Of a stretch of 64,000 bases of DNA, positions 55,601 to 64,000 are shown piece by piece. How positions within the stretch are numbered: position 1 is the stretch's first letter; each line of letters begins with the position of its first letter. Source of the DNA: Euglena gracilis (Eukaryota); contig CP154954.1 in NCBI GenBank assembly GCA_039621445.1, positions 6,769,425 through 6,833,424 on the forward strand, written 5' to 3'. The notes beneath the pieces are model-generated. The model saw nothing but the letters and a program-made list of their open reading frames with translations, was not told the DNA's origin and did not search any database. Both the position numbers and the translations under genes were made by a program.

Positions 55601-58600
55601 CTGGGGAATAGGAGACCAGAGGTGGCCAGAGGTGCTTGATCGGTTTTGTCAATGAAGGGGGGGTTAAGTCAAGGAATTGTTGGTGAAAATGCAACTGCCA
55701 AAATGACCCCAAAACCCAAAATGGGAAATTTGGTCTCAAAAATGACCTCTTTTTTTTGACGATGGTCTGTCTCAAAAAATTGCCCCCAAAAAAACTCAGC
55801 TTTTAGGAGGTTTGCGGCTGAAAAAACCGTTCCCGGCAGATTTCATTTTTCTTCCCAGGGGGGTTAGCATGACTGGACGTGACTCGGCGTGATTGGGTGT
55901 GACTGGATTTGGGATTCTGGACGACCATAGGTGCTTGAAGTCCCCCCCCCCCCGCAATTCATTTGCTCGGTGACTACTGTTTTTCTTCTTAAACTTGGTT
56001 TTTTTCCACAAAGTTTGTTTCAAAAATAATCTGATGATTGATTTGATAAGATATTATTCCTGGCCCAGCACCATTGCTCAATTGAACGGATCATATTCAC
56101 TTGCAGGGTTCGAGACCCCCTTCCTTGACCAACACTGAGGGATCTTCCAGACCAGCCCGGGGGTATTTGAACTCCCAAAAGGTCAACTGTTTACACCGAA
56201 AATTATCAACATTTTTTCCAGTTTTTTTTCCAAAAATGTTCTAAAAAAACCTGCATTTTGGGTCGTGTTTGGGGTGCGAAAAATTTCGCCATTCTGTGCC
56301 AAGCCGAAAATTTTTTGTCAATGCCATAACTCAGGGGGGTGGTCCACCCCCTGTGTTGATGATAGGTGATGTCACAAAAATGAAGTCATTAGACGCATGG
56401 GCCTTTGTAGCTATCATCAAATTCCTTTGACTTCGCACCCCTTTCTTCCCTTGCAACGCCACCGTTTGTTCGACAGCACAACTGATTGCTGGCAGCGAGC
56501 GTGGTTCGGCCCCCGCCCCCTGATGGTCAGACAAGAGGTGGGTTTGATACGTATTTCAATTCCGGAGTGATTTCGATGATGCCATTCTTAAGGTGTGGCC
56601 GACCCCCCCCCCCCCGTCAGGGGTGATTGATTGTTTTTCAGAGTGCCTGGTTGTTGTTTTTTTTTTTTTGGCTCCAGACCCGCCCGGGGGTTGGAAATTG
56701 CCAACCATGCAGATAGTTTATTTTGGATCTTTGGACAAAACCCTTTGATTTTTGGTTATTTTTGGCCGAGTGGAAAGATTGACTGACCCCCTGTGGGGAG
56801 GGTGGAAAGTGATGTTTGGAAAGTGACCATGGGGGGGGGGGGTCGGTAAGTTAGGGCATGTTTCCAACCGTGTGTTGTGTGGCATTTTCATGGTGCCTTG
56901 AACAATTTGGCGGATATGCTCGTTTCTTTTGCCAATCCACCCACTTCGTGGGTGTGTGATTTCAAGGACAAACACACAATTCGCAGTTTTTTATTTTTGA
57001 TGTATAAAAGTGAGCCTTATGGAGAAGTCGCGTGCTTCGGTGGTGGATGTCTCTGCCCGTTCCTGTCCACTCTACGCCGACGGTCCCATTCACACCAGAT
57101 GCTTAGTGGGGCATTTCCTCAGCGCAGAGACACGGTTTCTTTTCGGAGGGTGTGGGTGTTTTGGCCTCCTCACTCTGTCCCCAATCTCATTCGTCTGGCA
57201 GATATGGCCAAAAAAAGTGGGTTGTTTTGGAATAGCTTTTGTTTTGGAATAGCGTTAAGAAATATCGGGGAGCACTCAAAACAGCAGATTCTGAGTTTTT
57301 TGGGGGGTAGTGGCTGTAGTGAGCCCATTCCCCAGGCGGTCGATAAGCAATGGAATGGGCCCACTCTTTTCTGCAAATCCCAACACGCCAGGGGCTCCGC
57401 TCCCAGAGTGACCAGCAGCGAATGCACCAGACCCAGACCACTGCCGCCCGGTTCGAGTTCAAGGCTAATGTGAAACTTTTGGCGATTAGTGAAATTATTG
57501 CGAAGAATTTTCCATGCACAGCATACGCGGGTTTGAATTTGGGATGAAGTGTCACATGGTGTCGTCCAGTAATATGCCCTTCTGTGGCATGTCAAGCTTT
57601 TGCCGCTTATTTCACCACTGCCGACCACATGAGAAAAGTGAATGTTTTTACCCCACCAGAAAGCCAGTTTCTTCTTTCTTTGGGAGAAGTTGATGTCTCT
57701 TTCATTTCAAAAAGGTTAATGGTTGTGGTTGTGTGGTTGTGTGTGTGCGTTTTGGATTAGAAAGCAACCCCTCCACCCCCCTCTGGGCCGCAGGCCAGGA
57801 TAAGGGTAAGTGTAAGGGTAAGTCAATATTCTCCAAATGAACAGTAAATCCATTTGTCAGAATGTATCTTTCTGCTTTGCATGATGTCTTTTCTTGCTTC
57901 CTGTTTTTTTTTGTGTGTGTTTTTCCGTGTATTAATCAAAGCGAAGTAATCGTCACCTCTCTTAGGGTTCAGAGAGGAGGGAAATTTTGACTGCAAAAGT
58001 GACACGGCATTTCGTGCAGAAAGTAAAAGGTTCCCCTTATTTTCAGAAGTCAACTGTTGAACTCGCAAGCATTTGGATGCAAAAACCAACAATATTTCAC
58101 CAAATCAGACTTTCAGAAGTTTCTAAAATACCGAATTTTTGAGAAATTTCTCTGAAAATTTCTCTTAACACATGCAAAATCAGCCTCCCAGAGAAGATGA
58201 GCTTTAAAAAGGGAGGTGTCTGTGGTTGCGTTCAGTAAATGTATTTTGGATATGTCGTGCCACGTTCTAAACTCTATTCAATGAACGTTCTGCTCCAATG
58301 ACCCCAAAAATGACCCCCTGTTGCCTGTCCAACAAAAGTTCTTTGAAAAAAAAAACGGTAGACAACTTTTTTGCTCGGGCCATATCTCCGGCCTGGCGCG
58401 GAGTTGCGGGCAAATTGAGGGCTCTGGACAAACTAGGGACCGTCTCCTAACCTATAGGCTATTAACATTTCGGGTCCGGAAATCCAATCACATCGATAAT
58501 CCTCGGGTGTCTTTGATTACTGAGGAGGGGGGGGGATGGGGGGGGGGGGGTCAGGGGGGGGTTTCGGGGGGGGTGGTAAGCTTCGCTCTTACTCTAAAGA

Positions 58601-61600
58601 GATAAGAGCTCAGCGACCAGGGTGTGACGTAGAGCTGAGCTCTTTGGGGGCGAAAAACGCTCATTTTCAGCTCAAAAACATGTTTTCCGGGTCCAGGAGG
58701 CTCAAAAACATGGTTTTGGCCGAAAAATTTTTTTCGATATTTTTTGACTTCTTTGACCCGGTTTTGACCCAAAGTCAATGGGTTGGCGAACCAAAACGGG
58801 GCGCTGGCGGGTCGAAAAACGCTCATTTTCAGCTCAAAAACGCTTTTTCCGGGTCCGGGAGGCCAAAAAACATGGTTTTGGGCGAAAAAAAAAGTTTCGA
58901 TTTTTTTCGACTTTTTGACCCGGTTTTGACCCAAAGTCAATGGGTTGGCGAACCAAAATGGGGCGCTGGCGGGTCGAAAAACGCTCATTTTCAGCTCAAA
59001 AACACTTTTTCCGGGTCCGGGAGGCCAAAAAACATGGTTTTGGGCGAAAAAATTTTTTTGAATTTTTTTGAATTTTTTTGACTTTTTTGACCCAAAAATG
59101 GCTAAGTCCATCGGCCAGGGGGGGGGGGGGCATTCAGGGGGGGGGCATGGGGGGGGGGGCGGGTCGGAAAAATTTTTTTCGCTCAAAAACACTTTTTTTG
59201 ATGTTCTGAAGTGAAAAAAAGTGTTTTTGAGCGAAAAAATTTTTTTCAAAATTTTGGGTCCCGACCTGCCACCCGACCCCCCCTCGCCCAGCCGCCCTGA
59301 CGGCGCGTGATGGGGTCCCCGAACACCCAAAACTGGCCAAAATCGCACAACCAGACCCCGGGAACCCCAAAAAACGGTCAAACCCCCCCCCCTAAACGTA
59401 ATGTTTGACCCCCAGTTTGGGTCCCAACTCCCCGTCTAGCCCGAGATACGGCCAATTTACGGTTTCGGGCCCTGAACAGGCCAAAACTGGCAAAACGGGC
59501 CCAAAACCCCTAAAACGGCCGTATCTCGGGCTAGGCAAGGAGTTGTCCTAAACCGCGCATACCGATCGATAGGGCGTTCCAAGGTCGTCAAATAAGGTCG
59601 CCATCACTTTTCCTCAACTCCGCAGCGTTTTCGAGATATTTTGAAATTTTCGATTTTTGGAGACCCACAAATGTGGGAATGGACAAAGTTGGTAACGTCT
59701 GAGCTTTTTCGCTGTCCGCGAAAAATCAACGTTGTTGTCTAGGCTTCCTTGTTTTATATTACACCTTGGTCATTGCAGTAAAAGCCTCCTGACCCTACAG
59801 CGCAGCATTAACCCTCAAATTTCAGCCGACTCAAATTGATTGTCATAAATTCGGGTGCCAGCTAGGAATTTTTTCAAGGTTGCACCCCTAGGGTGCAGGG
59901 TGGGTGGTCCTGCCGGACCCCCTTCTCCCTCAAGGGGGTAGCTTCAAGGTCTTTGTCCCGCCGGAGGCCTGGTTTTGGCCATTTTTGGCCCTTTTTTTTT
60001 CGCGGTGAAGTGCCGAAACTTTTTTGACCCCAAAATTATCACCCCCAAAAATGGGTCCCCACCAGTGGCCGGAAATTTTTTGACCCCAGAACCTGTATTT
60101 TTTGGACAAAATCGACGAGAAAATATGTCAAAATCTCCGTTTCCACCCCCCTTTTCCCCCGGTTGGGTTGGGGAAAACCTGGACCCCCCCCCCACCCCTG
60201 GGAGAGGGGAGTCCAGCCAGTGGGTGTGTCCAGTGACCGATAAAGTCCCAAGCTCCCCGGGGTCTTACCGGCAAAATCCGGGTTTGGGCTGGATGGTCCC
60301 CCAGCGCGCAGCCGCCTGCCAGCGAGGGCATCTACTGGGCCATCAAGGAGGGCCGCCGGGACGCCGTGCGGCGGCTGGCGCAGCAGGACCCCTCCGTGCT
60401 GACCCGCCCCGCCCAGGCGGCGAGGGCCATGCGGTGCGCTCCGTTTTAGCCTCCAGCACACGTTTCCTCTTCAGCAAGTGTGGCTGCTGCCCGTGGTATG
60501 GTGGGCATTGCCACCCCGCAATGGCTGCCTGGAAGTTCGGCCCCTGAATTTCGCTGTGCGTGTTGGGCATGCGGCCTGCCTGGGACGCGGTGGGGGCCAA
60601 CCCGATCCACATCGCCTTCCTGTACCGGCAGACGGAGATCGGCAAGATGCTCGTCGAGGAGTACCCCCAACTGGCACCCAGAGCTGCAGTCCAGTTCCCG
60701 CCACTCGCCATCCACCCGTCCGTCTTGACACCCTCTGCTCTGGAAGGCTGCGAAATGCAGCAGCCAATTGAAGTGATTTCCACCTGGTTCGCCCCCCACC
60801 CAGGAGAAATTGTCATGCTCAGCAAGCTGGGTCCTCCAGGAAATTGCCAGTCAGCATTGCTCTCTGCTCTTGTATGGCTGTTGAAGACAGAGATGTTCCC
60901 CCCCAAAGTTGGTGTCTTGGTGGAGGGGGGTTCAGGAAGTTGTTTCCCAGGTCCAAAAAAGCAACCTCGTTTGTTTTGCGATAAGAGAGTCTGTAACAAG
61001 AGGTCTTCAAGCATCTGTGCCCAGAATAGTTCCCCAAATAGAAGCATTACCCGCTTTTGCCCTTTGGCCACAGTAACCCCCCCCCCCGAGAATTGAAACC
61101 CCGGTGCATGGGTTGAATGTGCATGTGCGTGCGACACCTCCCTCCCGGATTGTCGCCCTGGAATTGACGTCGGTGTACGGGGAGGGGGAATACAGCGGGG
61201 AGAACATCCTGCACATTGCCATTATCCACCAGGACGTGGAGCTGGTGCGCTGGCTGCTGAATCGCGGCCATATCATTGCCGAAAGTCGCCCCCTTTCTCC
61301 CGTTCGATGATACCTGGTGCGTGTTTGCTTTAGAATTGACCCAGGAACCGATGGCATATAACTAGCAGACCCCACTCTGGTGAGAATGGAGTGAATGAAA
61401 TCGGACAGAAAACGAACCTGAATTCTGGGAGATTTTTTTTTGCTTTTGGAAGTGAAAATGGAGAATGACCTGGACCCTTCGGCAATAGCATGCGTGTGAC
61501 CCGGAGCTGCTTAATGCGGAGACCACCGGCTCGTTCTTTGCCCCAAGTGGGGACGTGTACTTTGGGGGGCCAGGGAGTGACTTCTGGGCACACTTTTCAC

Positions 61601-63410
61601 CGTGCTGTATGTAGAATAGTTTGCTCGTCCGTTGATGTTTCACAAATGAGGAAGTTGTCGCTGCAAAAGACTTCATATGTAAGCGGGGCAAAATCTACCG
61701 GGAGGCCGTCCAAAGTGAAAAATATGTGGCTGCTTGTTAATGTGATTGGCAAAGCAGCCATCGAACATATACTCTTTGCAATGGGGATACCTGCAACAAT
61801 CACAAGGGGCCATCCCCCAAATATTCCGAGACACATATTGATCCCCTGGGTGTTTTTCTTTGTTGTATTTGTCTTCCTTGGTTTGTGGCCAGCTGCAGCC
61901 AGCAGGGACGAGACGCTTTTCTATCACCAACAGATGGTGAAGCCGGTCATATGGCCACAAGCAAAGGAGATGATCAGAAATTGATCAGGTTTTTTGAATA
62001 CATGGGGTTTGGGTTTGGTTTCAAAATGCTGCTGAAATAATGAAGCCGAACATTACCACATTGCACAGACCCCACACTACACACTGTATACAACGACAGC
62101 GAGCCACGACAAGGTTCAAAATATGCGGGGGTTGAGTGGGGTACCCAGCAGGTGGGGTATCCATTGCGAAGCTTGGAGACCTTCATCTACGGGTGGGCAG
62201 TTGCCACCCTTTGTGCTGTCCTCCTTGCCATACGCCAGGGTTGGTCCCAAGAGAACAGTCTGTTTTGCAACTCAGTGTTCCAGTATCGACTCTCTGCGTG
62301 ATGGGCAAACTGGTGTCCGACCCAAGCCTGTACCAGGTTCAATGGTGGAATTTTGGATTGAACTCGGGCTTTCTGTGGGAGAGAAGAAAGAGGCCAAGAA
62401 GCACACTCCCTGACTCCCGGTACCCGCTCCTCTTCGCGGCCGCCAGCAACCAGGTGGACATCGTGCGGTGCATCCTTGCCACCCGGCGCACGACGCGCCG
62501 CCGCAAACAACACCACGTCAAGAATGAAACCAGGGTGACGGATCAACCACAGCAGAAACTCCTCTGTGCTGTGCTGTGTCAGAAAGCACCCACCTTTTCA
62601 TTGAATTCTCTTCTGGGCCAGTGCTCCAGATTTTTAAGGCATTTCTTTCCAAGGGCGGTCCAAGTGCCATCCCTACATCGGACTAGGCTCAAACCCAAAA
62701 AAATAGAAAATTAGATATTTTTTTCCGAAATTGGATGCATTGACATTGTTCCAGCGATTCCATTCCAAATTATTTTTTTCCTGCAGTTTTCCAGATTTGG
62801 CCGAGATTCAGCGACTTCATTTTTGCTAGGTTTTCAAACAATTTGCTGGAGTGTTTTTTAAAAGGTCATTACCATTTTTTTTATTGCATGAAAAAAAAAA
62901 ACAACAACGGCATGGAACCAACCTCGGCGGGATGCAAGATTCAACAAGGGGCAGCAGGTTGTTGGTGTTGGTGAATTTTTGGTGGCGGGCCCATCTTCCC
63001 TCTGACGATCGATCACCACTGTGGACCGCTTTGGCAACACCGCCCTCCACCTCGCAGTTATCCACGGCCAGGGACTCTCTTTGTTTGTCTGGTGTGCGCC
63101 ACAAACATACAGTCACTCAATCACGAACCGAAAACTCTTTCGGGGGGTTTGTTTTTTACCGAACCCCCCCCCCCCGGTTTTGGCACCGGAAACTATTTCA
63201 GGCAAAAAATTGTTATGCAGGCCCATTGTGAACCCGTGGACCACGTGTGACCACGTGTGACCATGTGTGACCCACCAAACCCACTGCAAAATTAACTGCT
63301 GGGATCGAGACCTCCCGATTCACACGCTGCCCCACCCACCCACGCAAACACTGACTTTTCTCATTTGCTGCTTGGGTGCTGTCCCTGCGGCTGAGCTGCC
63401 GGACATCTAC
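42815..63410 (+). CDS. TRPV-like channel, paralog C, 5' part (N-terminus and ankyrin repeats); continues beyond the window
   Basis: Exons 42815-42820 (MA), 43756-~43909, ~44188-44373, ~45397-45569, 48941-~49090, probable GC-rich exons ~49890-50060, ~53120-53375, ~54020-54125, ~57069-57092, ~57380-57445, 60321-60410, 60584-60675, 61166-61265, 61498-61567, 62419-62527, 63011-63065, 63393-63410. Exon-by-exon paralogy to gene B (e.g. [14 protein letters not shown] vs [34 protein letters not shown]). Confidence 0.87.
42855..43331. mobile_element. hAT-like MITE with TTCCGCAATT subterminal arrays
   Basis: CAG(G)nTTGATAT / ATATCAAT(C)nTT; perfect 8-bp TSD GCTCTCCC; related fragment ~1910-2050. Confidence 0.85.
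44526..44996. mobile_element. hAT-like MITE with CAT...ATG termini
   Basis: TIR CATACATCTCTCTAAGG / CCTTAAAGAGATGTATG; degenerate TSD GTGCACGT/GTGTGCGT. Confidence 0.75.
46458..46653. mobile_element. Short MITE (C)nAATAGAAGCAC ... GTGCTTCTATTA(G)n
   Basis: Inverted ends; related copy ~53533-53763. Confidence 0.65.
49594..49790. repeat. (GT)n microsatellite; similar tracts at 43485-43557 and 45675-45712
   Basis: Direct reading; source of the CVCV/HTHT ORFs. Confidence 0.9.
51805..52343. mobile_element. Divergent family A MITE
   Basis: TA(C)nTATGTCCAACGA ... TCGTTGGACATA(G)n ends with a different interior. Confidence 0.65.
58611..59774. mobile_element. TIR element with internal 162-bp tandem repeats
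   Basis: CAGCGACCAGGGTGTGACGTA / TATATTACACCTTGGTCATTG imperfect inverted ends; repeat units start at 58651, 58813, 58975; no clear TSD. Confidence 0.55.
61166..61265 (+). CDS. Gene C ankyrin exon
   Basis: [33 protein letters not shown]; continues at 61498 [14 protein letters not shown]. Confidence 0.92.
63393..63410 (+). CDS. Gene C 18-nt micro-exon (ELPDIY)
   Basis: CTG-N5 acceptor, N3-CAG donor; paralog of 27489-27506. Confidence 0.85.
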
Positions 63411-64000
63411 ACCCAGCCGCCTCCCCTGCCCCTGTCTTCATGCATTGTTCTTCTTTGGATGTCTAGAGGCCAGAGTTTTGTGGTGAAGCGTTGCACAGCC
63501 CTAACCAAGGAACTACTCAAGCGTCGTTTTCAATGCACCTGAAAGAAGACTCCATTTGGCCCTGGACCTTTCATATTTTTCACCGAATATGTCGATCCGT
63601 CAGCTGTTGGAGGGACTGATGCTGTCGCTCCCCCGAGATGTGGGGGGGATGCTCTGCTTCTCAGCATCCATTGGGAGTCAGGTGGGGCGGTTGCCCCCGA
63701 CTTCGTACTGGAGGAAATGTACCGTTCAGGTTGTCTTTGCCAACAGCATTATTACCCAGCTGAGAAGGGTTGAAAGGTGTTCTATGGTTTTTGTTTTCTT
63801 CGTCGTCTTCGTCATTTTTCTTCGTCGTTTTTGGGTCTTCAGGTCCCAAGCTTTATCACTTCCCTGCTGCTTTGTTTTCCGTTTTGGGACCCCAACACGC
63901 GCGGTAGTATGTTGAATGCTTTACCTCCATGGCAAGGCACACGTTGAACCATCCGGGCATATGTTTAGGGCGTTGTTTGATGAGTTATGATTAACTTCCA

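Noticed and set aside
58551-59381. 276-aa repetitive ORF
   Set aside because: Product of 162-bp tandem repeats in a TIR element; no transposase motifs.
1-64000. Treating ORF-track ORFs as standalone prokaryote-style genes
   Set aside because: Most derive from GC-rich MITEs and homopolymers; only short internal segments match the TRPV-like exons.

Overview
This is repeat-rich eukaryotic nuclear DNA, almost certainly from a euglenid (Euglena-like). It holds a head-to-tail array of three paralogous + strand TRPV-like channel genes (ankyrin repeats, six TM helices, TRP box): gene A (3' part, 73-5944), gene B (apparently complete, 10614-41209) and gene C (5' part, 42815 to beyond the window). The genes are broken into short exons (down to 6 and 18 coding nt) by roughly 40 hand-mapped introns, none GT-AG. 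They follow the euglenid nonconventional pattern, in which intron nt +4..+6 (CAG or a variant) pair with a triplet (CTG or the compensatory variant) followed by 5-6 nt, and this register keeps the reading frame. Introns and spacers are packed with non-autonomous TIR elements (TA-TSD Tc1/mariner-like MITEs; CAG...CTG MITEs with 8-bp TSDs, hAT-like), satellites and one gypsy RNase H relic. Main observation: the hAT-like MITE geometry (8-bp TSD, CAG...CTG ends) matches the 3+5 nt splice register, so splicing would restore an insertion site exactly. One paralog-specific intron carries the TIRs of a MITE family present in this window, and some introns keep TSD relics. This suggests hAT MITEs act as intron generators. 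Exon edges were read by eye and may slide by a few nt; almost all ORF-track ORFs are spurious.
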